A DNA stretch of 64,000 bases from Pelagomonas calceolata (lineage: Eukaryota), in the NCBI GenBank assembly GCA_918797485.1, contig CAKKNE010000005.1:3720001-3784000 (forward strand), in the 5' to 3' direction. The notes under the pieces are model-generated. The model saw only the letters and a list, made by a program, of their open reading frames with translations, was not told the origin of the DNA and searched no databases. Each line of letters begins with the position of its first letter. Position 1 is the first letter of the stretch. A program made the position numbers and the translations under genes. Below, piece by piece: positions 1-11,043 of the stretch.

Positions 1-799
1 ACTGGTGGCCGCCCTTGCGATAAGGCAGGTCGAAGGCCTCCATCACCAGCACATCCGACGAGCGGTCGATATTCCTGGTCACTCTTTTCTCGTCGCCGAG
101 CGACGCCGTCAGCTTGATATGAGGCGTGTGCACGATGTGCTCGAGTTTCTGTAACCGCGACTCCTTCTGTAACTCAACGCATCGGACCAACGCCACCCGC
201 AAACAGTTCGGCTCGCGATGTAAACACGGGGCCACCGCTTCCTCGTCGACGAACCACCGCACACTATCCGCGTCGGGCGCCGCGTGAGTCTCATCATGAG
301 GAGTCATGGCGATCGTCGCGCAGACCTCGCCCGCCTTCACAGTATCAAGTTTTATCGGCACCGTGATCTCGTTGTCGCCTTCCTCAAGACCGTTTAGAGC
401 CACCTGCGCCTTGCCCAACAGCCGCGCCTTGCGCAGCGTTCTGAAGGAAAACACCTCGATGCGCAGCTTCGGCAGCTCTTTTATGGATATAGGCGCCTCG
501 AAGACGAAGCGCTCCCGTGTCCAGACCGGGTTCGACGTATGCTTCGCGACGCGCGTCCTCCTTGCGTCGGACAGGCGGCGGCCGTCGCGCAGCTGCACGA
601 TCGACAACACGCAAAACGGGTTCGGCGTTCCATGTTCCTCGCTCAGGTCGCGCGCGCGCGTGATGTCCACGACGACGCGGGCCGTCGTCGCCTTGCGCGG
701 CGGTTCGGGCTGCTTGGCTTCTTCTTCCTCGCTGTCGCTGCTGTCGTGCCGGTGCTGTGGCCTCTTTTTTGGGCTGGCGTCGGAATCGTCATCAATCAT
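1..799 (-). CDS. C2-domain protein (probably multi-C2); 5' part only, runs off the window
   Basis: Manual translation from ATG 799 is open to base 1: VVVDITRARDL..PNPFCVL..RTRVAKHTSNPVW..ERFVF..LRIEVF..LLGKAQV (C2 fold), then a second C2-like segment LRVALVRCVEL. Absent from the ORF track because no stop lies in the window. Confidence 0.75.
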   Translation of the reverse strand, partial: MIDDDSDASPKKRPQHRHDSSDSEEEEAKQPEPPRKATTARVVVDITRARDLSEEHGTPNPFCVLSIVQLRDGRRLSDARRTRVAKHTSNPVWTRERFVFEAPISIKELPKLRIEVFSFRTLRKARLLGKAQVALNGLEEGDNEITVPIKLDTVKAGEVCATIAMTPHDETHAAPDADSVRWFVDEEAVAPCLHREPNCLRVALVRCVELQKESRLQKLEHIVHTPHIKLTASLGDEKRVTRNIDRSSDVLVMEAFDLPYRKGGHQ

Positions 800-910
800 T
801 GTTGGGCTGCCCTTTTACGTGCTATATATACGCGATTGCTATGTCGGCAGCATGTCCACACTTTCACTGTGGCTGCCCCGCATCCGGCGCTGTAAAAGCG
901 CTGTTGATTT

Positions 911-933
911 GCTAGTGTGTGTCGACACGCTAG
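911..933 (-). promoter_or_regulatory. Bipartite CTAG promoter motif
   Basis: Reverse-strand CTAGCG..ACACTAGC between divergent starts 799 and 1280. Confidence 0.55.
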
Positions 934-1279
934 GTCTCGCTCGTCTTTAGTTTTTGCATCGCATTGATTGCAGGCGAGGCCCCAGGTGCCCGCATTGACC
1001 GCCAGAGTCACAGCAGTGATCAGAGCTGTCGCAGCGCGCAAGCGATTGTACCCCGTGCCGCGCGAATAGCACCAGCAATAGCATCCGTGCGGCAGCCTGC
1101 TGCATGAGCAGCACGCGCAAGCTAGCAAGACTGGCCGCCCCCGTCGTCTGCGCGGCCTACGTGACCTACGTAGCAATAGATAGAGGCTACTACCACATCG
1201 AGCGCCGCAAGGAGCTCGACGCCGCGACGGCGCGCGCGAAGGCGGAGGCTGCTAGAAGAGTAGCGGCCGACGAGCGGCG

Positions 1280-1591
1280 ATGACGCCGATAAAACTCTTG
1301 ACAATCATCGCTCTAACGACCGCGAAGAACCAGAACCGCGACCGAGCCTTCCGCGCGCGGCGCCGCGAGTGCGAGACGCAAACGTGCGCCGGCATGCAGC
1401 CCGGGACGAATATGAACTGCGTGAACGCGTGCATCTCCCAGTCGTGTTTCGATGAGATCTACGCGGAGGAGCCCCTCGAGGACGGCGAGGTCGACTCGAA
1501 ACGATCGAGGTTGTTCCAGAGCTGCGCGCGGAAGTCACTAGTTGCCGAAAGGGAGAAACGAAGGAGGGAGGAGCGCGCCGAGGAGACATAA
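1280..1591 (+). CDS. Small secreted Cys-rich protein (DUF4787-like)
   Basis: Signal-like N-terminus; C..C..NCVNACISQSCFDEIY..EPLEDGEVD..R..F..C pattern. Confidence 0.6.
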   Translation: MTPIKLLTIIALTTAKNQNRDRAFRARRRECETQTCAGMQPGTNMNCVNACISQSCFDEIYAEEPLEDGEVDSKRSRLFQSCARKSLVAEREKRRREERAEET

Positions 1592-1602
1592 GTTACAGAT
1601 AC

Positions 1603-2349
1603 TTAGACATCGCCCGGCGCCTTCATCATAGGAGGGTGCCAGCCCTCCTCGTCCGGTAAAGCTGACTTCCTCCTTTTAGGATCGGGCACGACGTCGTGGA
1701 TCAATAGGAACGTGTGGTACGTCTGGCAACTTTCTAGATCTTTCCGTTCGCATAGTTTCTGTAAATGCTTCAAGTAATAAGCACAGACCTCGTCCTTCGA
1801 GACCCGCGTCCTATAATCTTTTTTATATGAATCATATAGAGCATCACTCCACTCCGTCAAGGTATCCGAATCGGGCGGTTCGCCGCGCCGCGCGTACTTC
1901 GTTATTCCAGTCAGCGTCGTCCCGAAGAGCACCATGACCTCCGTATGACTCAAACTTTTTTGGTGGTTAAAGTCAAATAAATCAAAGATGAACGACAATT
2001 TCTCGTCGATACTCCCGATGCACACGACGGCGAAGGCCGCCCACACTTCCAATACATTAACTCGGATCTCCTTGAATTTACCGCCAGCCCCAGTAGGTCC
2101 ATCGGTCGTGTTCGACCGCTCGTCCGCGAACCTCGGGAAGATCGTGTCGATGACAATGTCCTTCGTCGGCGAGGGGTCCGGCAGGACCTCCTCAAAAACG
2201 CCTCGGAGCTGCTTCTCGCTTGCCGCAAACGACCACTGGTCGCTCGCTCGTTTCTGGTACTCGTTCCGCAAGGCCTTCACCTCGTCGAGCCACCAGGTCA
2301 CGGGGTCGGCGGGCACGACCTCCATCTTGAGGGACGGGACGTTGCCCAT
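1603..2349 (-). CDS. EF-hand protein, calcineurin-B/NCS-like, possibly N-myristoylated (MGN start)
   Basis: GSIDEKLSFIFDLFDFNHQKSLSHTEV EF-hand; MGNVPS start at 2349. Confidence 0.7.
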   Translation of the reverse strand: MGNVPSLKMEVVPADPVTWWLDEVKALRNEYQKRASDQWSFAASEKQLRGVFEEVLPDPSPTKDIVIDTIFPRFADERSNTTDGPTGAGGKFKEIRVNVLEVWAAFAVVCIGSIDEKLSFIFDLFDFNHQKSLSHTEVMVLFGTTLTGITKYARRGEPPDSDTLTEWSDALYDSYKKDYRTRVSKDEVCAYYLKHLQKLCERKDLESCQTYHTFLLIHDVVPDPKRRKSALPDEEGWHPPMMKAPGDV

Positions 2350-2553
2350 GGCTCTGTGGGGGGCTGCCAATATTGGTGCTGCCCTTAAATTTGTTTTGTT
2401 GGAGCGGCCCGACGACTTCGGCGTTGGACTTCGTAAGCTCGCGCGTCGATGGCGTACAGCTCAAACGCGTCAAGCTCGACGCCGTCGATGCGAGCGGGGC
2501 AGCCGTTCGTAAGCCGCAGCGTACAGCGCTCGATTCACGATTACGAATTCGAG

Positions 2554-2618
2554 CTAGCGGCCTGTGTAAGACACTAGCAGCGCGGAGGGCTCCGCTCACG
2601 AGTCCTAGCACCGTAACA
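2554..2618 (+). promoter_or_regulatory. Bipartite CTAG motif plus 33-bp repeat
   Basis: ctagcggcctgtgtaagacactagc; 2586-2618 matches 23657-23689 at 31/33. Confidence 0.55.
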
Positions 2619-2732
2619 GATAACCGGCGCGGACGGTAACATAAATAAGGAGGCCAGAAGACATCTACCTGCACGGCAAGCGCCCGAGACGTCCGACGAG
2701 ACGCGCGTCGCGGAAAGACTACTACACAAAAC

Positions 2733-4566
2733 TTACCCCCCGCCCTTCGCGCGTTCGGCGGCGATCGCTCGTTTCAATTCGGCGATCTCCGCCTCGGCCG
2801 CGAGCTCGTCCGAGTCCTCGAAGGCCGAGTCCTCGTCCACTGATGATGCGCCGCGGCGCACGCTCGTGAGCTGGTCGAAATGCTGTTCAGTGCGCCGCCT
2901 ATCTCTCCGCAGGCTCTCGGTCTGGCCTGGGCGTCTAGCACGCCTTCTACGAGGCGCGCCTCCGTAGGCCGCGGCCTCGGCGCGCCGTTTCTGTTCGACG
3001 ACGTAGGCCCGCTTCTTCTTGTGGGACAGCGAGCGAGGCCGCCGCTTCGAGGGAGACGGCTGTTCCTCGTCCTCAGCAGGCAATAAAGGAGGCAGCTTGT
3101 CCACGCGTCGCCGCTGACCGAGCTTCCGCGGCTTGCGGCGCGCGGGCTTCATGTCCTCCAGTCTCTCTTTCGAAACGGGCGTGAACTGCCGCTCTTTCGC
3201 GGAATTGGGCAGCATCGTGCGCTTCTTCCGCGTGTAGCCCCTTCGTAAAGTTGTGACAACCGGTTTCCTTGCTAAGTCACTCAAGTGACTACCGTAGGGG
3301 TCCAGCTTGAGCGGCACGGCGGCCCTCATTAATAACTCTGATTTCGCCATGCGATCCCTCAGCACCGAAGAAGGCCGTTCGACCTTGTCCTCGATGACGA
3401 CCGGAGCCTCTTCTTTGAGATGCCGTCGTTCCTTCGCACGCGCCGGACCCAGCTGCAAGCAGGGCTCCAGCTCGACGCCCTTCCGATGCGTATGCGAATA
3501 TTGAGCAATGCTCATGTAATCTGAGAAATCTTGGTCGAAGAACTGCGTACAAAAAACACAAAGTCGGATCGGCTCGTAGCGTTTTGATATCGCGAACCTA
3601 GGATCGTTTGGAGGAAATGGGGCATTGTGTTGTGATCTCCATTCTGCCACCTGATGAAAAGAAGCCACACCCAGTAAACATCGCCCGCGAAATTCCCGCT
3701 CGCAACACCCGCAAGGAGTATATTTTGCTCGTAGTTCCGCCTCCTTGTCGATGAGAACGGAAGCTTCATCCCTGTCAACGCGGTGTTCATCAATAGAACC
3801 TGTGTGGAAATCAAAATTTTACGGCGCGTTCGTGCTGAATCATCGCGTCGTCCTCCACGCCATCGACGCGACGCCTGCTCGATGGCGTGGCGATGCCGGT
3901 TCCTCGCCGCTCGACCGAGCCAGCGCGGCCGCGTCATCGCCGAGAAATGTCTTAGTGAAGAATTGTCGGGTGCACCCGACGCACTGGTTGATTTCCACAC
4001 AGAATAGAACCATCCTCACATCTCTTCCGGATGAGGATCGTCTCCGAGTCCTCGATCTCTTCCTGTTGAATTTGCACTCTTCTACGCATGGTCGCGTACT
4101 GCTTGCGCATAATCGCGGCATTTTCCTCGTTCCGGTCCCTTTGCAGGACTTGCGCGAACAGGTCGCCCTTGAGAACTTTGGCGTCTTGCTTCGTTTCATA
4201 GGATTGCTTCTCGTGCTTCAAACGGCGTCGGGCGCGCGACGCTAATCGAGGCGCCTCTAGTCTCCTCGCTTCTCGGAAGTCGTCGTCGAGTGCACTTTTC
4301 AAGGCGTCCGCGATGCGCTCTTCTAGATCATCACCAGCAGGTAATTCCTCGATATGCACGACATCCGTAGCTAGCTCGTGGATCCGCGCTTCGGCCGCGT
4401 TGCGCCCCGTCCTCAGGTCGACGAGGACGTAGCGGCCATGAGAGAACGTGCCGAACCGCGTCCGCGGCGCCGGCGTGCCACAAATGATACATTTGGGCGC
4501 TCGCACGGGGTTCGTACACGAATTACAGATGTCGCAGCGCCAGACGTGGTTGGTGCGACGGGACAT
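2733..4566 (-). CDS. RanBP2-type zinc-finger protein, 540 aa; exons 4566-4011 and 3799-2733
   Basis: WRCDICNSCTN..KCIICGTP finger. Removing intron 3800-4010 joins two ORFs in frame (..EDG|SIDEHRVD..). Further CGCC and CVFC pairs follow. Confidence 0.7.
3792..4010 (-). mobile_element. Intact introner (MITE-like intron-generating element): element 3800-4002, intron 3800-4010 (211 bp)
   Basis: Perfect 15-bp TIR ctgtgtggaaatcaa (3800-3814)/ttgatttccacacag (3988-4002); perfect 8-bp direct repeat aatagaac at 3792-3799 and 4003-4010; 12-bp internal inverted repeat 3855-3866/3879-3890. Confidence 0.95.
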
Positions 4567-4823
4567 GGTCGTGGGGCAGCCCCCTGGCGTCGGTGTCTGG
4601 GCTTGTCGTCGGGTCACGCGGTTGTGGAGGGCCGGTCTTGGCCTCACGTTGCGTCGGGTTGCATCGTGGCTGCGCGCGCGGCGCGGTACAGCGCTTTTTT
4701 GGTTTGCCGCTGTGCTGCCACTCGGCGCTCCAAGCAGCACGAGATCGAACGTCGTCGGAGGTAGTTCCGGGGGCGGCGCGTGCGGGAGACCCTCCATATG
4801 ACTCCTGGGCCAAGCGAACTCAG

Positions 4824-4844
4824 CTAGCGCCGTAAGACACTAGC
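4824..4844 (+). promoter_or_regulatory. Bipartite CTAG promoter motif
   Basis: ctagcgccgtaagacactagc in a divergent intergenic region. Confidence 0.55.
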
Positions 4845-4967
4845 AAAATTTGGCAAGCAGGCAAAGAAGGCATAAAAAAGCGCCCCAGTCCTCGTACACT
4901 CGCGCTAAATCCGTGGAGCTCTCCTCCATCAATAACAACCCCCTACAGCGTGTACCCGCGGCGACGG

Positions 4968-5056
4968 CACAAGCACTCAACACAGCTCTCCACAAGAGCA
5001 CAGCACTCACAGCACAGCTCTCCACAAGGAGAGCACAGCGCGCCGCACAGCTCTCG
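4968..5056 (+). repeat. Short imperfect tandem repeat (cacagctctccacaag..gcacagc) upstream of XPA
   Basis: cacagctctc occurs three times and cacagctctccacaag twice. Confidence 0.6.
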
Positions 5057-5166
5057 AGCGCACCAATCGATGCCCCTGTTGCGGAGTTGGTCGTTGTGGC
5101 GCTCGATCCTGCCGATTCTAGCCGGACCGGCCTTCTGCCTGCTCACCGTCGAGGCCTTCCGAGGCG

Positions 5167-5643
5167 ATGGACGCGGACCAGAAGCAAAGGATCGCAGCCA
5201 ACAAGGCGGCAGCTTTGGCGAAGCTCGCCGCGAAGAAGAAGCGTAAGTCCGACCAGGCAGCGACGCAACCCAAAAAGCCGCGCACGGCCGACGACTGCGA
5301 TACGTGCGGTGCTTTGGCCGACGCCGCGTTTCGCACTGCGTTTTCCATCCAAACGTGCAATGCGTGCCGGCGACGCGACCCTTCCCTCGACCTGCTCAAC
5401 GCGACGGACGCGGCGCGAACTTATTTGCTGCCCCAGGCCACGCTCAAATGTTTACCTACGTTAGAGCGGGAGAACCCGCGCCAGCCGACGTGGACGCCGA
5501 TGCGGCTGTTTCTGCGGCGGCATCTGGTGGAACACGCCAATAGACGGTGGGGCGACGAGGCTGGCTTGGAAGCGGAGCGGAGGCGCCGCGCCGCGGCGAA
5601 GGTGAAAAGGGATGACGCGAAGGCGAAGGACTTCTTTAGCTAA
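5167..5643 (+). CDS. XPA: DNA repair protein XPA
   Basis: CDTCG..TCNACR zinc finger, A..YLL, RENPRQPTWTPMRLFL..RWG motifs. Confidence 0.9.
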   Translation: MDADQKQRIAANKAAALAKLAAKKKRKSDQAATQPKKPRTADDCDTCGALADAAFRTAFSIQTCNACRRRDPSLDLLNATDAARTYLLPQATLKCLPTLERENPRQPTWTPMRLFLRRHLVEHANRRWGDEAGLEAERRRRAAAKVKRDDAKAKDFFS

Positions 5644-5656
5644 TTCATGTTAGTAT

Positions 5657-8600
5657 TCAAACCTCCTGCGAACTTTCCTCCTCCTCGCGCGACGGCGCCG
5701 GCGCGCCGCCACCGAGCAGCGTCCCCGCAAAGCCCGTCTCGGCCTCGCGCTCCGCCTTGCCGCGCTTGCCCGCGTGGGGCGGCGCCTTGGCGTCCGCGGC
5801 GTAGAACACGAGCTCGTCGAGCGTCGCCGCGCCGGGGACCTCGTCGGCGACATCCACAATACGCGCGTAGAGCGCGTCGCGCGCGCGCACGCCCGACTGT
5901 CGTAATGTTAACGCCGCGTCGAGCTCGCCGCCGCCGCGCGCCAGCAGTATTATGGCTTTCGCCGCCGCGTTCTTCCGCCTGCGTTGATGTCAAGGGTTAC
6001 GCAGCGGTCGCGGCGACGGCGTAAAAAAGGACGCAGGAAAGCACTTTTTGCCGCCGTCCATCATCTCGGGGAAAGCCTCGCAGAGCTTGAGCAGCAACAA
6101 ACCGACGCGGTCCTCACTTCCGAGCCGGACGGTCTCGAAGGTCCGCGCCGCCGGCGCGCGGCTCGACCGCCGCGACCGCCTCCTCGAATCGCCGCGCTCG
6201 ACCGCGACCGCTATATCATCATCGAAGGCGTCGTCGAGCACGTCCGCGGCCGGCGGCGAGTCCGACGCGCCGAGCTTGCAGACGCGGATCGGCGCCTCGT
6301 CGTACTCGTCGCGCGCCGCGCAGTGCCGTTCCACGGCTTGCCGCGCGCCATCGTCGCAGACCCGGTCCGCCACGCGCCAGCCGTCGGGGTCCGCGTAGAC
6401 GCGCAGGGCGCCGCCGGGCGTCGCGTCGTCGTAGTGCGCGCAGAGGCCGGCGTACTCGTCCTCGGAGACGGCCTCGTAGGACGCGTCGCGGCCGCGGTGG
6501 GCTTCGTCGAAGGCGTCGAGCGCCGAGGTCGCCGCAGACTCGTCGGGATTCCCGCGCACGCAGTCGTAGACGACGGTGTCAACCTCCCGCGCGGCCTCGA
6601 TCGCCTCCGCGACGGCGGCGGCGTCGTCGCCGCGGCGCCGCGTCGCGTCCGGCGCGCCGGGGCCGGCCAGGCGCAGCAGGCGGTCGAGCCAGAGCGGCGC
6701 CCAGACGAGCTGCGCCGCCGCGTCGCCGAACGCGCCGGGCCGCGGGCCGTGCAGCCGGTGGTAGGCGCGCCACCGCGCGAGCCAGAACCGCGGCACGAGC
6801 CGGAAGGCCGGCATATCAGCCTCAGCGTCCGCGGCGGCGATCCAGGCCCGCGCCGTCCGCGGCCGCGCGGCGTCGGCCGGCGCCGCGGGCGCGAGGACGC
6901 CGAACGCCGCCGCCGCGTCGTCGACCGACGGCGGCGCGGGCTGGTTCCGCGTCGACGAGCCGCGCCGCTTCGGCGCCGGCGCGGCCCGCTCGAGCAGCGC
7001 GCCGAGCGCCGGGCACGCGTCGAGCTCGCCGTCGCGCAGCTGCCGCTGCTCCTTGCGCTGCTCCTGCGTGCCCGCGCAGTCGACGCAGGCGGGCGCGTCC
7101 CAGACGAGCTGCGTCGACCGGGGGAAGCGCGCCTGGACCTCGCGCCATAATTCCTCGTCGACGCGGAGCGGCTTCGGGTTGCACCGCGGCTTGAGCAGGC
7201 CGTGCGGACATTTAATTTTTGCGTTGCAGTCGACGTCCGAGCCGCTCAGCACGCCATGTGACGTCGTCGGCACGTCCATCTTCTTGAGCTCCGCGAGGAA
7301 CTGCTTCGCGACGACGCGTGTCCCATTTGGGGAAACGGACGCCGCCGACGCCTGGAGCCTCGCGAGGAGCGCGCGGCGCCGGTCGTATTCCGCCGTCGCG
7401 TTCGCGCGCTCGCCGGCGTCCGCCGCCGCGCACTGCCTACAGAAGCCGTTGTGCGCGTTGAGCGGCGTGTCGATGCTCGGCGGCTCGTCGCCGAAGAGGT
7501 CCGCGACGACGGCGTCGTAGACGTCCTGCCGCAGTACTTTGAAATGGTGGAGCTCCGCCGGTCTCAAACAATTGTGCTCGCAGAGCCGCGGCGCTCTTAC
7601 CAAGCGTTTCACCCACGGCAGCGCGCCGGTCTCCGCCGGCATCTCGCCGGCATCGGGGTCCGCCCAGACGACGCCGCCCCCGTTCACGACCGCCGTGGCG
7701 TCGTCGTCCGAGTCCTCGGCCATGTTCACGACACCGTCCGCGTCCGCCGCGCCGGCCTTGGCCGCGCCCTTGGGCTTGACGCCCGCGACCCACGCCTCGA
7801 GCGCGTCCGTCTCCAATAACGCAATATCGCCCGCGAACTCGGGCACGACGCCGTCGCTCGACGTGCGCGCCGGCGTCGCCGCATTTGAACCGCCGAAGAG
7901 CCGCTCGTACGCCTCCCGCCGCCGCCGCACGCTCGCCTCGAGCCCCTCCTTGCCCTCGGTCCAGTCGGCCTTCGACGCGGCGTGCTCCGCGTCGAGGTTC
8001 TCGACGTGGTTCTTGGCACTTTCGGGCGGCGCCGCGGGTTGAGCAGCAGGCTGCCGCGCCGGCTGCCGGGCGCCGCGCCGCTTCTTCGGCGGGGGCTGCG
8101 TATTCAAACCTTGGCGCGCCTCGAACCACCGCCGCCGCACGTAGGCGAGCATGTAGGACTCGCTCGACCTCGGCGGCTTCTTCTTCTTGTCGCCCAGGAA
8201 CTCGTCGGGCGCGGAGAACGCCGTGACGCTGTCGTCGTCGAACTGGTGCCACTTGCTCGTCCGCCAGTCCTTGCAGCGCGCGACGTAGTGGCCGCCTGTG
8301 TGGCACGGACGCCGTCGCGAAACCGTCTCCGTTCACTCGCGAGGCGCGTCAGGTTCAAGTTCATTTTTCACGCTGAGTCGGCACCGTGGGCCGACTCTCC
8401 CCTATGGAGCACGAGTGCGCAGAGGTCGTAGTCCACGCTCGCGCCGTTCTCGTCGATTTTTATGGACGCCGTCGTCTCGATGGCGTCGCGGAGCTTCTTC
8501 TTCTCCCAGGTGACGCGGTCGTAGACGTAGCGTAATAATTGAACCTGGAGCACCGGGGGCGCCTTGACGATTTTCAATCGCCGCTCGGCGTCGACCTTTT

Positions 8601-9404
8601 TGCCGCATCGCTCGCAGTGGTACTGGTTGTCGCCCTCGAGCGACTCGGGGTTGAAGTGGCACCTGTGCGCGAATCAACCAGTGCGTCGGATGCCCACGAC
8701 GTCGCGTCGATGGCGCGGAGGACGTTTGATTTATGCGCCGAGCGGCACCGCACGCAGTCGCCGACGGAGCTCTGGCCCCGCAGCGCCACCTCGAGCTCGT
8801 CGAAGTCCGCCGCGCGCTCCGTGACGTTGTGGCACTCCGAGCACGTCGTCTCGTACGTCTGCTGGCCGCGGAAGACGTCGGCCACGAAGGTGTCGTCGCC
8901 GACGCACTCCTCGACCTTGGCCATGAAGAGCTTGCCGAACTCCTGCGGGTCCTGCTGCACCGACACCTCGAGGCCCAGCAGATCGGTGAGGACGTTCACG
9001 TCGCACGACGAGCGCTCGCCGACCTCGAGGTCCGCGAAGATCTTCTGCAGCGCGCTCACGACGGTCTCCTCGGCGTCGCTTCTTTGTGCTGTCGGCGTCC
9101 TATACAACGCGTCGCGGAACGCCGCGTTGTGGTAGAGCACCTGGACGAGCGACCCGAGGTAGCACGTCGCGCCGAGGTTGCGCAGCCCCGCCGGCACGTC
9201 CCCGCGGACGTTGTCGTTCGGATTATCCCCCAGCACCGCGAGCAGGCCCTTGGCCTCGCCCCAGACGGGGTTCGCCGCGTTCCGGATCTGCTCGCCCAGG
9301 CCGTAGACGCAGAGGCAGTTCGCGCCGCAGTTCTTTTTCGAGGTCTTCGAGGTCTTGTGGTCTTTGCGCGCGCAGGGTTCGCAGGTTTTGAGGGCTTCCA
9401 TCAC
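5657..9404 (-). CDS. Ubiquitin-specific protease, USP48/UBP26-like, 1168 aa; introns 8663-8748, 8296-8384, 5979-6044
   Basis: Cys box [27 protein letters not shown], His box [20 protein letters not shown]-terminal UBL-like region and ETGFAGTLL; spliced CDS 3507 nt. Confidence 0.88.
5979..6044 (-). mobile_element. Short introner-like intron (66 bp, GT-AG)
   Basis: GTGCTTTC-CTGCGT..ACGCAG. Removal restores the USP48-like C-terminus; unspliced, the frame stops at 5990. Confidence 0.7.
8296..8384 (-). mobile_element. Family-A introner intron (89 bp)
   Basis: GTGCCGACTCAGCGTGAAAAATGAACTTGAAC..CCACACAG; splits the His-box Gly codon. Confidence 0.9.
8663..8748 (-). mobile_element. TSD-bearing introner intron (86 bp)
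   Basis: Intron start GTGCCGCT vs next exon GTGCCACT (7/8); degenerate TIR ..AAATCAA / TTGATT..GCACAG. Confidence 0.9.
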
Positions 9405-9710
9405 GCCGCCTTGTTTTGAACGGCGCCGCGCTTTCTTTGCGACACCGCACGCGAGCGTCGCCCAGCGTTTGCTGCGGTACCACGCAGGGCGCGCAGAGCG
9501 TTCCGACTCGTAAATGGCCGCCGACGCGCGACGCCGCGTTCTACAGAGCAGCTTCCTGCGGCGCCACCTGCTGGGTGCTGCAGCCGCGCTGGCGGACTAT
9601 CGCTGCGGCTACGCTGTCCACTTATGCGTAACAAGTTTTTGCAATATCGCTGCACGTCCCAGCTGAGTAATGGAGCCAGATCCCGCGCGGCTTTTTCAGT
9701 TTTTGTGCGA

Positions 9711-9732
9711 GCTAGTATGTAAGCTACGCTAG
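9711..9732 (-). promoter_or_regulatory. Bipartite CTAG promoter motif (variant)
   Basis: Reverse: ctagcgtagcttacatactagc. Confidence 0.5.
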
Positions 9733-9863
9733 GTCCCTCCTTCTTGGTCGCTGCGGCTCAGCGCATCCACGAGCACTATTGCGTATTTCACGCTCGCTTA
9801 CATACGTTTCAAAGCGCACGAGTCGACGCAGCGGTCGGCGGCTCTCACACGCAGACCACAAGC

Positions 9864-10937
9864 ATGCTCCTCGCAAGGACCCTGCAGCGCCGCGCGGGCG
9901 CGCGCGCCGCACGCAGCTTCGCGGGAATAGAAAAGACGCTCGACGGCAAGCGCAGCACAGAGGAGGAGCGCTTCATCCGAGAACAAGAAAAGGCCAACAA
10001 GGCCAAGCGCGGCGCGAATGTAAAGGAGATCACGACGGTCGGCGTCGTCGGCCTGGGCCTCATGGGCCACGGCATCGCGCAGATCTCCGCGGCGGCGGGC
10101 TTCCAGACCGTCGGTGTTGATCTGAACGCCGAGGTGCTGGCGAACGGCCAGAAAGCTATTGAAACGTCCGTCGCGAAGCTCAACTCGAGGAAAGCTTCTA
10201 AAAATCCCGACTTCGACGCCCCCGCGGCGACGGAGGAGACGCTGGCGCGCCTGAGCTACGCTTCTACGGTAGACGCCGTCGCGCAGTGCGACTTGATCGT
10301 CGAGGCCATCGTCGAGGACGCTTCCATTAAACAGAAGTTTTACGCCGATTTGGGGGAGCGGGCCAAGGCCGAGGCGATATTTGCGTCCAATACATCTTCT
10401 TTAGCTGTGGCGCCGATGGCCGCCGCGTCCCAGAGGCCGGACCGGTTCGTCGGGCTGCACTACTTCAATCCCGTCCAGCTCATGAAGCTGTGCGAGGTCG
10501 TGCAGACGCCGGAAGTTGATGATGAAGTCGTCGAGCTGGTCGACGGCTGGGCCAGGCTCACGGGCAAGATCACGGTGAGATGCAAGGACACGCCGGGCTT
10601 CATCGTCAACAGGTTGCTCGTGCCGAACCTGGCCGCGGCCATCGCCATGGCCGAACGGGGCGACGCCGCTATACAGGACATCGACGCGGCCATGTGCCTG
10701 GGCGCGGGCCACCCGATGGGGCCTTTGCAATTGGCCGATTATGTCGGACTGGACACGTGCTTATCTATACTAAAGGGCTGGTGCGCGCAGTACCCGGACG
10801 AGCCGGCCTTCTTCGTGCCCCCCTCACTGACGGCGAAGGTCGCCGCGGGGAAACTGGGCCGCAAGTCGGGCGAGGGCTACTACGTCTGGGGCGACGGGCC
10901 GGCGTCGACGAAGCCGTCGGGGGTGTCGGGGTTATAA
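9864..10937 (+). CDS. HADH: Mitochondrial short-chain 3-hydroxyacyl-CoA dehydrogenase
   Basis: Transit-peptide-like MLLARTLQRR; GLGLMGHGIAQ, VEAIVE, ASNTSSL, GLHYFNPV, DTPGFIVNRLL, GHPMGPLQLADYVGLD. Confidence 0.95.
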   Translation: MLLARTLQRRAGARAARSFAGIEKTLDGKRSTEEERFIREQEKANKAKRGANVKEITTVGVVGLGLMGHGIAQISAAAGFQTVGVDLNAEVLANGQKAIETSVAKLNSRKASKNPDFDAPAATEETLARLSYASTVDAVAQCDLIVEAIVEDASIKQKFYADLGERAKAEAIFASNTSSLAVAPMAAASQRPDRFVGLHYFNPVQLMKLCEVVQTPEVDDEVVELVDGWARLTGKITVRCKDTPGFIVNRLLVPNLAAAIAMAERGDAAIQDIDAAMCLGAGHPMGPLQLADYVGLDTCLSILKGWCAQYPDEPAFFVPPSLTAKVAAGKLGRKSGEGYYVWGDGPASTKPSGVSGL

Positions 10938-11043
10938 CAGTTCTGTTTATTTCGCGACGACCCACTCGCTACGCATGGGCTCCACGCCATCGACGCGACG
11001 CTCACGGGACCCGCGGCGATGGCGTGCCGGTGGTCACTGACTC

